NCBI GenBank assembly: GCA_025360805.1
Contig: JANYBK010000058.1
Coordinates: 1 to 46,529 of the forward strand
Source: Methanomicrobiales archaeon
Lineage (GTDB): Archaea > Halobacteriota > Methanomicrobia > Methanomicrobiales > Methanospirillaceae
Direction: 5' to 3'
DNA: 46,529 bases
Numbering within the stretch: the first letter of the stretch is position 1; every line of letters begins with the position of its first letter. A program made the translations under genes and the position numbers. Below are positions 18,879 to 28,938 of the stretch, in pieces. Below the pieces are notes generated by a model that saw nothing but the letters and a program-made list of their open reading frames with translations, did not search any database and was not told where the DNA came from.

Positions 18879-20705
18879 GTGAGCGAAAAGAGTCAGCTGA
18901 CCGCACTTATCATCGGCGGACTTGTACTTGGGATCATCGGGCTGCTTGCAGTCACATTTATCCCCCCCCTTTTTGACGGGAATCTCGTGGTCAATTCGTA
19001 TGAGGCAACCCTCTCCGAAGACGGGAGTCTTAACGAACACTTTACCTATGATGTCGGGTCTTCAGGCCAGTACCGCATGCTCTATCGCATGTGGCAAGCC
19101 CCGATCATATTTGACGGCAGCCCAACCCAACCCTCCGTCCGGTTCGTTTCGATGATCCCACCAGAGGGGACGATTGGGTATGCAAAGGACGACTCAGGGA
19201 AGGTCCGGTTCACCGGTGGTGCCGGGGCCGGCGGTTCGAAGTCCAGCATTGAAAACCTTGCACAATCAGATGAAGTGGGGATATTCAATCCCAACTACTA
19301 TACTGCGGGGAAATACTCCGTTGATTACACGTATACCCTTCACCCGCCCATCGAGTATGATGGGGTTGCAACGCACCTGAACCTCAAACTTACTGGAGAC
19401 AACCACATCACATACCAGGCAATAAGGATCACTGTGCCTGCAAAAAATATCGAGCAGGTATATGCATACCCGCCCTCGCTGACAACGCAGAAATATGGAG
19501 ATCACTATATCATCACCGGTAGTGCAGCGGCAAATGAGATCATTGCAGTTGAGATGGTGGGAAATGCACAGGGTTTTTCCCAGATTAACGGGTTCCGAAC
19601 CGAAGTGAAGGATATCCAGAGCCGGGCCTCCTCGGCAAGTTTCTGGTATAATATTCCTTATCTTCTATCGGATCTGTTGAGTTGGATAGCAAAGGTAGCT
19701 GTTATTCTCGTGCCACTTCTCTTAATTTTGATCTACTACCGGTATGGAAGGGAGAAGGAATTCACAGTCCCTGCTTACTTAAGCACCCTCCCGTCAACTG
19801 CGCTCAAACCCTGGCAGGTGAACCTGCTCTTCAAAGGTGATGCGCTCGATTTCGATGAAGACGGTTATTACGCAACTCTGCTCGATCTTCACCGGAGAAA
19901 GATCATATCCATCACCGAGAAAGGTGAAGGCAAAGGTATCGAGATCCGGGTGCTCTCATCGGCAACCACCGATCCGTACGAGCTGCGTGTGCTCGGATTT
20001 GTCGGGCTCGTTTCTGAAAATGGCGTTCTTGATACAGATTCGATTGCCGAGCTCGCAAAAAGTGCCAGAACGATCAGCAGTGCAGAGGAAAAAGCCTTGC
20101 AGTTCCAGCGCTCGCTTACTGATGTTACCAGTCGGGTGGATACTTCACTATCAAACAAGTACATTGTGGACGGGAGAGATCATCTAGTTCCTTTGCTACT
20201 TGTAACAATTGTCCTGTTTGCGGTAACAGTGATCTTTGCATTAGTTGCACCTATGCAGTCATACATTCTGTTTCCGGCAGTCACACTCTGGGCAATTGTG
20301 CTGGTTCAGGTTGTGATGGCAATTATCGCTCCTTCAACATTGTTCGGGCACTGGAAGGATGACCGGTACAAGGAAAAACTGGAGTGGGATGCGTTTACCC
20401 ACTTCCTCTCGGACATGGCCATGATCCAGAAGTATTCACCCGCAGATCTCTCCATGTGGGGAGAATGGCTGGTATATGGTACAGCGCTCGGTGTCGGAGA
20501 TAAGGTAGAGCGTGCTATGAAGACGCTCAAGATCAGCATTCCCGAAACAGGAGTACCTCTGGGGGTGATGGGTATGAACGCAGCGTTTATGCCCCTCATG
20601 CACTTCAGCCCCCCGAGTCACGGCGGTTCCGGCGGGGGCGGCTTTGGTGGCGGAGGGTTTGGCGGTGGCGGGGGTTTTGGTGGCGGTGGAGCCGGAGGAC
20701 GATAA
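18879..20705 (+). CDS. DUF2207 family membrane protein
   Basis: Directly follows lemA; has ATLLDL and WLVYGTALGV motifs and a Gly-rich GGGFGGGG..GGR tail typical of DUF2207. Confidence 0.85.
   Translation: MSEKSQLTALIIGGLVLGIIGLLAVTFIPPLFDGNLVVNSYEATLSEDGSLNEHFTYDVGSSGQYRMLYRMWQAPIIFDGSPTQPSVRFVSMIPPEGTIGYAKDDSGKVRFTGGAGAGGSKSSIENLAQSDEVGIFNPNYYTAGKYSVDYTYTLHPPIEYDGVATHLNLKLTGDNHITYQAIRITVPAKNIEQVYAYPPSLTTQKYGDHYIITGSAAANEIIAVEMVGNAQGFSQINGFRTEVKDIQSRASSASFWYNIPYLLSDLLSWIAKVAVILVPLLLILIYYRYGREKEFTVPAYLSTLPSTALKPWQVNLLFKGDALDFDEDGYYATLLDLHRRKIISITEKGEGKGIEIRVLSSATTDPYELRVLGFVGLVSENGVLDTDSIAELAKSARTISSAEEKALQFQRSLTDVTSRVDTSLSNKYIVDGRDHLVPLLLVTIVLFAVTVIFALVAPMQSYILFPAVTLWAIVLVQVVMAIIAPSTLFGHWKDDRYKEKLEWDAFTHFLSDMAMIQKYSPADLSMWGEWLVYGTALGVGDKVERAMKTLKISIPETGVPLGVMGMNAAFMPLMHFSPPSHGGSGGGGFGGGGFGGGGGFGGGGAGGR
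20621..20700 (+). repeat. Low-complexity Gly-codon repeat (GGGF repeats) inside the DUF2207 tail
   Basis: GGN-rich tract encoding GGSGGGGFGGGGFGGGGGFGGGGAGG. Confidence 0.8.
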
Positions 20706-20711
20706 TAATCC

Positions 20712-20719
20712 TTTTTTTT
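20712..20719 (+). terminator. Putative oligo-T terminator of lemA-DUF2207
   Basis: T8 run a few bases after the stop codon. Confidence 0.4.
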
Positions 20720-20823
20720 AACAGATCGTACGTTACCAGATAAACCAAACAATGGTCCGGGGACTTTCATACAAGATATAAACCCGCACAAACCATTTGA
20801 ATATCAAAAAGGAATTTGATCCT

Positions 20824-21411
20824 ATGCAATATACGGAAGGTCAGCTCGGCAGGGTTTTTGTCGTGAGGATCGATGACGGCGAAGACATGCTCGTCTCGCT
20901 GCGCCAGTTCATCCTCGACAAAAGTATACAGTCCGGCTCGATTACCTTCCTTGGTGCCCTGATGAACGGGAGAATGGTGACCGGTCCGGAAGAACCGGTC
21001 ATACCCCATGTCCCGCACTTTGTAATGTTTGAAGGCGGATGGGAGGTATTTGGTGTAGGCACCATCTACCCGGGTGAAGGGGGCCCGCACATCCATTACC
21101 ATGCCTCGGTCGGTCGATCCGGGCACGCCCTCACCGGCTGTCTCAGGGAAAAAGCCACCACCTATCTTGTCATCGAAGCGGTCATCATGGAGTTCACCGG
21201 CCTCAAAGCCCGACGCGAATTCGATCAGAAAACCCAACTCCATCTTCCAGTCCTTGGCGAGCGGGGAGATGCTGTAAAGCTCACGGATTTTGAGAAACCC
21301 TCCAGACAAAAAGAAGCGGTTCCCCCAGCAGAAAAAAAGGAAGAGAAGGATGCTCTCCCGGGCGGACTTGATGAGATTATCCGGGACCTGACCCGGCGTT
21401 CCTCCCCATGA
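20824..21411 (+). CDS. PPC-domain (DUF296) putative DNA-binding protein
   Basis: GRVFVVRIDDGED, HIHYH and GCL motifs. The start is set at ATG 20824 (MQYTEG). Charged C-terminal extension. Confidence 0.85.
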   Translation: MQYTEGQLGRVFVVRIDDGEDMLVSLRQFILDKSIQSGSITFLGALMNGRMVTGPEEPVIPHVPHFVMFEGGWEVFGVGTIYPGEGGPHIHYHASVGRSGHALTGCLREKATTYLVIEAVIMEFTGLKARREFDQKTQLHLPVLGERGDAVKLTDFEKPSRQKEAVPPAEKKEEKDALPGGLDEIIRDLTRRSSP

Positions 21412-21457
21412 CTTTCACAAGAACTCCCATCACGAACACCCCCCAACTGTTTTTCCC

Positions 21458-23296
21458 ATGACCCGCCAGCCCACGGTCCTCCCCATGTCCCTCAAAGAAG
21501 GGGAAAAACTGGGAGTCCGGCAGTTCGACATCATCCTTGTCACCGGTGATGCCTATGTGGATCACCCCTCGTTTGGGACTGCCCTGATAGGCCGGGTTCT
21601 CTGGGACGCTGGATATACTGTAGGGATAATTGCCCAACCGGACTGGAAGACCGATACGGATTTTACAGCGCTTGGAAAACCCCGCTTATTCTTTGGGATC
21701 TCGTCGGGCAACGTGGATTCGATGGTGAACAACTTCACCCCCAACCTGAAACGGCGGAGTGATGATGCCTATTCACCGGGAGGAATCCCACGACGCCCGG
21801 ACCGTGCAACGATAGTGTACACCAACAAGGTGCACGGTCTCTTTCCGGACACACCCATTGTCATCGGGGGTATTGAAGCAAGTCTCCGGAGATTTTCCCA
21901 CTATGATTACTGGCAGGATCGCGTGCGGCAGGCACACCTTGCTGATGCCCCGGCCGATCTTCTTGTCTTTGGCATGGGCGAGCGCCAGATAACAGAGATA
22001 GCCCGGAGGCTTACCGCCGGAGAATCCGTTGCCTCCCTGCGGGATGTGAGGGGAACTGCGTACGCCATGGAGATCGCAGAATGGCGCAGCAGGCGCCCTG
22101 AAGGTGTTGTTGAGCTACCCGGATTTACTGAAGTCTCACAGGACAAAACCGCATACGCCCGTGCATTCGCCCAGCACTATTACGAGCAGGATCCGGTGAG
22201 GGGAAAGCCCGTTGCCCAACCGCACCCAAAGACAGTCATCATCCAGAACCCCCCTGCACACCCGTTAACAACGGAAGAACTCGATCACATCTACGATCTC
22301 CCGTTCAGCCGGCGGGCACACCCCTCATACAAGTCCCCGATCCCGGCTCTGGAACCCGTGCAGTTCTCGGTAACGAGTCACCGTGGCTGTTTTGGCGCCT
22401 GTTCATTCTGTGCCCTGACTCATCACCAGGGTAGGATAATCCAGAGTCGGAGCATTGGCTCGATTATCCGCGAAGTGACCCGGATGACGAAGATGCCGGA
22501 GTTCAAAGGTATTGTACAGGATGTCGGTGGCCCTACTGCGAATATGTTCGGCCTCTCGTGCGAGCAGTGGGAAACGTTTGGGGCTTGTCGGAACAAGCAC
22601 TGCACTCCCCTCTGTAAAACCCTCAGGACGAGCCATAAGGATCAGTGCGCTCTTCTGGAAAAAATCCGGGAAATTCCCGGAGTGAAACGGGTCTTTATCG
22701 GTTCGGGTATCCGCTACGATCTCGCTCTTGCCGATGATGCGGATTATCTCCGCACGATCTGCGATCATCACGTATCCGGTCATCTCAAGGTTGCACCGGA
22801 ACATATAGCAAAGAAAGTGACCGGCATCATGAACAAACCGGATCGGGCAGTCTTTGACCGCTTCCGTGAGCAGTTTGAGGGACTCCAGAGGGGAAAAAAG
22901 AGCCGGCAGTATCTCTTACCCTACTTCATGTCAGGACATCCCGGCTGCACAATGGCAGACATGGTTGAGCTTGCCCTTTACATCCGCGAGAACCGGCTCT
23001 ACACGGAACAGGTGCAGGACTTTACGCCCACTCCCATGAGTGTCTCCACCTGCATGTATTATACGGGGCTCAACCCGTTCACGCTCGAACCGGTGCATGT
23101 GCCCAAAGGGCAGGAGAAGAAGATCCAGCGGGCACTGATGCAGTACCGCGATCCACGCAACAAATTATTAGTGACCGAAGGGCTCCGGGCTGCGGGGAGA
23201 TCAGACCTCATCGGTACCGGAAACGAATCTTTAGTTGCTGCAGAAGATCGGGCCAATCGTCAGTTCATGACAAAATATTCCGGAACGAAAAAATAA
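21458..23296 (+). CDS. YgiQ/UPF0313 family radical SAM protein
   Basis: GDAYVDHPSFG, GGIEASLRR, CFGACSFC (CxxxCxxC), LKVAPEH and EQVQDFTPTP motifs. Confidence 0.92.
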   Translation: MTRQPTVLPMSLKEGEKLGVRQFDIILVTGDAYVDHPSFGTALIGRVLWDAGYTVGIIAQPDWKTDTDFTALGKPRLFFGISSGNVDSMVNNFTPNLKRRSDDAYSPGGIPRRPDRATIVYTNKVHGLFPDTPIVIGGIEASLRRFSHYDYWQDRVRQAHLADAPADLLVFGMGERQITEIARRLTAGESVASLRDVRGTAYAMEIAEWRSRRPEGVVELPGFTEVSQDKTAYARAFAQHYYEQDPVRGKPVAQPHPKTVIIQNPPAHPLTTEELDHIYDLPFSRRAHPSYKSPIPALEPVQFSVTSHRGCFGACSFCALTHHQGRIIQSRSIGSIIREVTRMTKMPEFKGIVQDVGGPTANMFGLSCEQWETFGACRNKHCTPLCKTLRTSHKDQCALLEKIREIPGVKRVFIGSGIRYDLALADDADYLRTICDHHVSGHLKVAPEHIAKKVTGIMNKPDRAVFDRFREQFEGLQRGKKSRQYLLPYFMSGHPGCTMADMVELALYIRENRLYTEQVQDFTPTPMSVSTCMYYTGLNPFTLEPVHVPKGQEKKIQRALMQYRDPRNKLLVTEGLRAAGRSDLIGTGNESLVAAEDRANRQFMTKYSGTKK

Positions 23297-23380
23297 TCCG
23301 GAATTGTCGTTTTTTCCGGCTAAAAAAAGCCGTTCGCCATAATCGGAGATCAATAAAAAGCTGACGAACAGTGTGAAAAA

Positions 23381-24730
23381 TTATTTCCGGCCGTAATCGT
23401 CCTCAAACCGGACAATGTCATCCTCTTCGAGATACTCTCCGAGCTGTACTTCAATAACCTCAAGCGGGATCACACCAGGATTTCTCAACCGGTGCTTCAT
23501 CCCGCTGCGGACAAATGTGCTCTCACCTTTCCGGAGCAGCCGCGTCTCGCCATCAAGTTCGACTTCTGCTGTGCCACTCACTACCACCCAGTGCTCGCTC
23601 CGGTGATGATGGAGCTGGAGTGAGAGCTTCTGGCCAGGTCTTACAGTCACTCGTTTTATTTTAAAGACTGCGGACTCCTCAAGCACAGTATAGGAACCCC
23701 AGGGACGGTGCACCTGCCTGTGGAAACGGGTTATCGGATCTTTTGCTTTATTGTAGATGTTGACAAGTTTTTTTACCTGCTCGGTATGTTTGTTGTCGCA
23801 GATAAGGAGTGCGTCTGTGGTATCTACCACTACCAGATCGCGGACGCCAATGAGCCCGACATGCTTTCCCGAAGCGTACACGTAATTGTTTTTTGCCGAC
23901 AGGTACTCTGCCTTACCCACATTCCCCTGCGCATCGTGGTGCTCGACATCATAGAGCGCCTTGAACGTACCGAGATCGCTCCATGGAGCGTCCAGCGGGA
24001 CCACCGCCACGCGCTGTGAATGTTCGAGCAGCCCGTAATCGATCGAGATGGATTCAAGGCTCTTGTAATCCGGGGTATTATCACCAGAAAAAGCCGTAAA
24101 GAGTGCCGGGCTGTAAATCTTCAGTTCCCCAAAAAAGCAGTCTGTTGAAAGCAGGAATATCCCGCTGTTCCAGAGATATCCGCTCCTGACATATTCTTCT
24201 GCGGTCTTCTCATCGGGTTTTTCTTTAAATGCATCGACAATGCTGCCGACTGGCAGGGGTTTACCCGGTTTGATGTAACCGTATCCGGTGTGCGGGGATG
24301 TGGGCCTGACACCGAATGTAACCAGATACTGCCGGGCAAGCGGTTCTGCTGCGCGGATCTGGTCAAGGGCTGCATCCCCTAGCTGGTGATCGCTTGGGAA
24401 GATGACGGCTGATGCCAAAGGGTCATCTGCCCGGATGCGCTGCATTGCCCATGCAATGGCAGGCAGGGTATTTTTTCCTGCGGGTTCAGCGAGGAGATGA
24501 TCCTCCGGAAGGGAATATCCCAGTTCTTCGATCTGGTTTCGGACAAGGTAGTGGTGGATCTCGTTGGTCACAACATAGATTCCATCATATCCTGAAAGCC
24601 GGGCAGCCCGCTCACAGGTTCTCTGGAAAAGAGAACGCCCGTCAAGCTGGATGAACTGCTTAGGATAGTACTCACGGGAGAGCGGCCAGAGCCGTGTCCC
24701 GACTCCTCCGGCAAGAATGATGGATTTCAT
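23381..24730 (-). CDS. manC: Mannose-1-phosphate guanylyltransferase / mannose-6-phosphate isomerase (PMI-GMP)
   Basis: ILAGGVGTRLWPLSR..PKQF, WNSGIF, WSDLG, RPWG and SLQLHHHRSEHW (cupin) motifs. Confidence 0.93.
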   Translation of the reverse strand: MKSIILAGGVGTRLWPLSREYYPKQFIQLDGRSLFQRTCERAARLSGYDGIYVVTNEIHHYLVRNQIEELGYSLPEDHLLAEPAGKNTLPAIAWAMQRIRADDPLASAVIFPSDHQLGDAALDQIRAAEPLARQYLVTFGVRPTSPHTGYGYIKPGKPLPVGSIVDAFKEKPDEKTAEEYVRSGYLWNSGIFLLSTDCFFGELKIYSPALFTAFSGDNTPDYKSLESISIDYGLLEHSQRVAVVPLDAPWSDLGTFKALYDVEHHDAQGNVGKAEYLSAKNNYVYASGKHVGLIGVRDLVVVDTTDALLICDNKHTEQVKKLVNIYNKAKDPITRFHRQVHRPWGSYTVLEESAVFKIKRVTVRPGQKLSLQLHHHRSEHWVVVSGTAEVELDGETRLLRKGESTFVRSGMKHRLRNPGVIPLEVIEVQLGEYLEEDDIVRFEDDYGRK

Positions 24731-24843
24731 GATTCACCGTAATCCCGTAAGAAGGAGGCAATCAAACCTTAAAGACGGGGTTGTATCACATAGATCTGTC
24801 CGGAGTCCCCATTTATAGGATTCGATCACGGATTACCTGAATA

Positions 24844-26679
24844 TCAGGACCCGGAGGATGCATTGGGAGGCCGGTTGAAAAATTTCCTGAACCAGAGTTC
24901 AGCACAGATAATCCTCCAGATCTCCTGCGAATAGGCGGCTTTACCCTCAAGAAACGAGAGATAATTCCGTACAACCGCATCAGCATCCCAGTAGAGGCGT
25001 GCATGGAACTCATCTGAGCTGAGTACTTCGAGCACGAACGGGCGGAGCGCCTCTTTCATCCAGACCTCTTCCGGAGTGACAAACCCCATCTTGTCCATAC
25101 GGCAGCGGATGGATTCAGGAACGATTCCTGAAATAGCATTACGGAGAGCGATCTTTGTTACGCCGTTGCGAATTTTCTGATTGAGTGGGAGTGATGTTAC
25201 ATACTCCACGAATCGTACATCGAGATAGGGTACTCTTGATTCGATTGAGAACGCCATGGAGTTCCGGTCCTCGTAGTGGAGGAGTGCCAGCAGGTTGGTG
25301 CTGGTCAGTTCGCGGAGCAAAACCTTGTCTAACCGTCCACCGTACCGGTCTACTGGTAACCCAGTGCACTTCAGGAGACCACGACGCCCTTTGCGAACGA
25401 ACAGTTGCTCTATCGCTGAATTAAAAAAACCGCGATGGTGCCTCAGGCTTCCAATGATCTCCCGGAATCCGGTTATTGCGTGGAACGAGCGGAGCAGTCC
25501 CCTGATATAACTCCCCTGGTACGCAAGGTATCCGGCCATCAACTCATCAGCCCCCTGCCCATCCAGCACGACCTTGACCTGCTCATGGGCAAGCCGCATC
25601 ACGCAGTACTGGGCATAGATGGAGAGCGAACCGAACGGCTCGTCCTGCATGTAGACCAGCCGGTCGATATCATCCCAGAGTTTTTCGGGAGATGGTTCCG
25701 TTCGATATGCATCCACTCCTGTTGCGGCAACAATCTCATCGATAAACTGGCTCTCATCAAATCTTTTGTCGGAGAAGACAACAGAGAATGTCTTCTGCCG
25801 TGCCCCGACACTTGCCGGCGCTTCTTCCCGAATAAGACCATTGATGATTGAGGTGAGTGCGGACGAATCAATGCCGCCGGACAGGCAGGTGCCGACAGCG
25901 ACATCGCTCCTGAGATGGATGCTTGTGGCATCGTGCAAAAGGGAACGGAGCTTCGATGCCACTTCTGCGTCTGGCACTGTGGAGCGGATCTCCGCGTTGA
26001 CCTTGACATCCCAGTACCTGAACGGTGGCTGTGCCCCGTCCTTTGTTACCACCATCGCATGAGCAGGCTTCAGCTGGAGGATACCGTCAAACATCGTCCG
26101 TTCAGAATGGTCAAGCACACCCCAAGCGAGATACGTACCCAACGTGGCATCGTCCGGCTTTGTGCCAACTGATGGGTGAGCGAGCAGCGCCTTGATCTCT
26201 GAGGCGAACAGAAACGAATCCCCGGTCTGGGTATAATAGAACGGTTTTATGCCGAGGCGGTCTCGTGCACAGAACAACTCCTGCCGCTGTTCATCCCAGA
26301 GAGCAAATGCCCACATGCCGTTGAACCGGTTGAGGCACTCATGCCCCCATTCCTCGTAGGCATGGAGGATCACTTCCGTGTCGGATTTTGAATGGAAGCG
26401 GTGGCCTTTTTTTCTTAGTTCCTCGCGGAGCTCGACAAAGTTGTAGATCTCACCATTGAAGACCAGCCAGAGTGTGCCATCCTCGCCGGTCATCGGCTGA
26501 AGCCCCTCATCTGACAGATCGATGATCGCGAGCCTGCGGTGGGCAAGAGCTATCGGACCGCTGGTATGGATACCTTCCCCGTCGGGTCCACGGTGAGCGA
26601 GCCGTTCGGACATACGTGAGAGGAGGTTTAAGTCCGGCTCTTTGCCATCTAAGCTGTACTGCCCTGCGATACCGCACAT
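24844..26679 (-). CDS. asnB: Asparagine synthase (glutamine-hydrolysing) family amidotransferase
   Basis: Ntn nucleophile MCGIAG, HRGPD, HRRLAIID, LSGGIDSS, GQGADE and SIESRVPYLD motifs. Confidence 0.9.
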   Translation of the reverse strand: MCGIAGQYSLDGKEPDLNLLSRMSERLAHRGPDGEGIHTSGPIALAHRRLAIIDLSDEGLQPMTGEDGTLWLVFNGEIYNFVELREELRKKGHRFHSKSDTEVILHAYEEWGHECLNRFNGMWAFALWDEQRQELFCARDRLGIKPFYYTQTGDSFLFASEIKALLAHPSVGTKPDDATLGTYLAWGVLDHSERTMFDGILQLKPAHAMVVTKDGAQPPFRYWDVKVNAEIRSTVPDAEVASKLRSLLHDATSIHLRSDVAVGTCLSGGIDSSALTSIINGLIREEAPASVGARQKTFSVVFSDKRFDESQFIDEIVAATGVDAYRTEPSPEKLWDDIDRLVYMQDEPFGSLSIYAQYCVMRLAHEQVKVVLDGQGADELMAGYLAYQGSYIRGLLRSFHAITGFREIIGSLRHHRGFFNSAIEQLFVRKGRRGLLKCTGLPVDRYGGRLDKVLLRELTSTNLLALLHYEDRNSMAFSIESRVPYLDVRFVEYVTSLPLNQKIRNGVTKIALRNAISGIVPESIRCRMDKMGFVTPEEVWMKEALRPFVLEVLSSDEFHARLYWDADAVVRNYLSFLEGKAAYSQEIWRIICAELWFRKFFNRPPNASSGS

Positions 26680-26807
26680 TATGGTAAAGGTGGGTGGTGT
26701 GGGATTAAAAAGATGTGAGGGTTCCCAGTTCGGGACAATGATCCAAGTGAGATGATAAAAACAGTACCGGATCTAAAAAAAGAAGAGCCGGTTTTTTAAC
26801 CGCTGCT

Positions 26808-27326
26808 TTATATTTTCACAACGTTGATGTTCACGTTATAGGCCGTCTCGTTACCGGTTACCGGCTCCCATGAACGGCGGTACGATGCGGAAAATTTCTG
26901 GGCACCAAGATCTTTTGCTATGATAATCCAGGTGCGGGTCCCGCCCACGCCAACCATACCCGGGGCCGCCTCATTCATCCGGTAGTCCGTTGACTGGAGT
27001 ACAAGACCGGGTGACAGGGTTGCATTCCACTGGTATCCGGTAGTGGGATTTTCTGCAAGCTGGATGGCAAAGGCCGAGTTCTGCGCTATGGTTCCGGTTT
27101 TGCCGTTATCTGCCTCGGTGAAGGTTACCAGCTTCTTTCCTCCTGCTGCCATGGTTGTCGTTGTCATATCCGTGGGTGCCGGTGTTGCAGTCGATACATG
27201 GGCAGATGCCGGGGGTGTAGCTGCCGGCTGGGTGCACCCGCTGACGAGCAGCACCAGTACCAGCATGATCCCCAGTCCTATGATCCCGGGCAGGTATTGC
27301 CCGGAATGACGTGGTGATGATGTCAT
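26808..27326 (-). CDS. Chagasin/I42 cysteine-protease inhibitor family lipoprotein
   Basis: Lipobox-like LVSGC, a Thr/Ala/Pro linker, and chagasin loops ENPTTGYQW, MVGVGG and YRRSWE. Confidence 0.88.
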   Translation of the reverse strand: MTSSPRHSGQYLPGIIGLGIMLVLVLLVSGCTQPAATPPASAHVSTATPAPTDMTTTTMAAGGKKLVTFTEADNGKTGTIAQNSAFAIQLAENPTTGYQWNATLSPGLVLQSTDYRMNEAAPGMVGVGGTRTWIIIAKDLGAQKFSASYRRSWEPVTGNETAYNVNINVVKI

Positions 27327-27457
27327 GATCAGTGATGGTGATCTGATCAGTTTATAGATTTCTTTGACTTTAAAAAAATATGGAAGTGATGGATAGTTTT
27401 ACCATTCATACGTGAACGTTTGTTAGGAATCCTAATAAAAAAGATCAGTTATTCCAC

Positions 27458-28003
27458 TCACTTTTTCTTAGACCGCACTGCTTTTCCCACGGTTTCATTC
27501 TTTGCAGAAACCTTCCCGGCCGCCGCCTTCTTCGCAACCCCTCTCTCCACCCCTTTCGTCTCACACGGGATGCACTTCTCCAGCTTGTCATCAATGATCC
27601 GGTAAGCATTGGCAAGCACCGAAGAGTTAGAGATCATACCTGACAGTAGAATCACCTCAAGCACTTCCTCGCGGGTGGCTCCCATCTTAATGGCTGCCTG
27701 CATGTGGTAACCGGTACAGTGCGGGCACTTGAGGGCAGCTCCTACCGCCATACTGATCAGTTCCACGTACTTGGGATCGAGCGGGCTTGTCTGGGCAACT
27801 GTCCCCTTGTAGAGCAGGTGGGAGATGAGCACTTCGGGGCGCTCACCCATCCGCTTGAATACGAGGGGCACTTTGCCATATTCCACTTCGATTGCCTTTA
27901 ACCACTCATCCGCAGTGACATCAGCGCCTTGCTTAACGATGAGCGCAAGTTTATCCTCGAACTGGTCTTTTGTGGATTGTGCTGAAACTTTTTTTGCCAT
28001 CAT
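27458..28003 (-). CDS. Carboxymuconolactone decarboxylase/AhpD-like protein
   Basis: LDPKYVELISMAVG..LKCPHC..YH..AA..GATREEVLE; 4-bp overlap with mmp7. Confidence 0.85.
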   Translation of the reverse strand: MMAKKVSAQSTKDQFEDKLALIVKQGADVTADEWLKAIEVEYGKVPLVFKRMGERPEVLISHLLYKGTVAQTSPLDPKYVELISMAVGAALKCPHCTGYHMQAAIKMGATREEVLEVILLSGMISNSSVLANAYRIIDDKLEKCIPCETKGVERGVAKKAAAGKVSAKNETVGKAVRSKKK

Positions 28004-28938
28004 ATCACCGTATTTGTCTCTGAAAATGGCAGGACTTTGACAAGGATATAGTCCCGCATCCGCGAGGGCAACACCTCAGCGATATCCCCAAGCGCAATGC
28101 CGTCTTCGATTTCCATTCTGCGCAGTTCAGGAGCGAACGTGTCGTAGGGCAGTTTCACCCGGAGCCCGGCCATCTGGACCGTGAGTGGAGTGGGGGAAGT
28201 CACCTCAAGGATCGCCGGCACCCGCTCCCGGATCAGGTTCATGAGCCGGGCGGGGGAGACTGAAAGCGGATCTTTTGATACGTCTTCGCGTTTCTTCTCC
28301 AGCACCCGGGTGATCTCTGCAATGATTTCATCGAGTTTGTCCAGCTGGTCAGCCTCCTTGGTCCTGCGCATGAACCGCCCGACCCCGCCCACGTATCCTT
28401 CAACGGGCGGATCAACGATTCTTATCAGCGTCTCCTTGTCCGGGCCGCCGCAGACCACGACCGGCACCTCGATTCCCCGCAGGAGAATGGGCATCTTGTG
28501 CTCTATGCAGGTCTCGAAGTTGCCCATGAGATAGACTGCGATGTCGTGCTCGTTGATCACGTCCCGCTCCTCGTCATTGAGCCCGGTGATCCGCTTTCCA
28601 GGTCCCCTCGCAAGGCTCACCATGTTGCTCTTTGCCCCGATGCGGCGGACGTACTCAGCGATGTCACAGGATGGGTGAGGGAGGTGATGGATCTCTAAGC
28701 TCATACTGACGATTGCAATCTCGGTTCCGACCAGTGGTGAATCGGTCACTTCACCGAAGATAGGACGGGAGATCTCCCGGATCAGTTCAATATCGTCCCG
28801 GGGCACAAAGCACTGGAGCACTACTTCCTGCGCCAGCACGTGCTTCTGGACCACGTAGCCACCGAGATCCTCGATAAGATCGATCACAATATCGTGCTGG
28901 TAGATGCCACCCTTGTAGGTGACCGGTACAAGCGTCAT
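28000..28938 (-). CDS. mmp7: Methanogenesis marker protein 7
   Basis: YKGGIY..D...DLIEDLGG, HHLPHPSCDIAEY and GNFETCI motifs; operon position. Confidence 0.9.
   Translation of the reverse strand: MTLVPVTYKGGIYQHDIVIDLIEDLGGYVVQKHVLAQEVVLQCFVPRDDIELIREISRPIFGEVTDSPLVGTEIAIVSMSLEIHHLPHPSCDIAEYVRRIGAKSNMVSLARGPGKRITGLNDEERDVINEHDIAVYLMGNFETCIEHKMPILLRGIEVPVVVCGGPDKETLIRIVDPPVEGYVGGVGRFMRRTKEADQLDKLDEIIAEITRVLEKKREDVSKDPLSVSPARLMNLIRERVPAILEVTSPTPLTVQMAGLRVKLPYDTFAPELRRMEIEDGIALGDIAEVLPSRMRDYILVKVLPFSETNTVI

Noticed and set aside
20621-20700. G-rich tract as a G-quadruplex or contingency repeat
   Set aside because: Fully explained by the Gly-rich tail normal for DUF2207 proteins.
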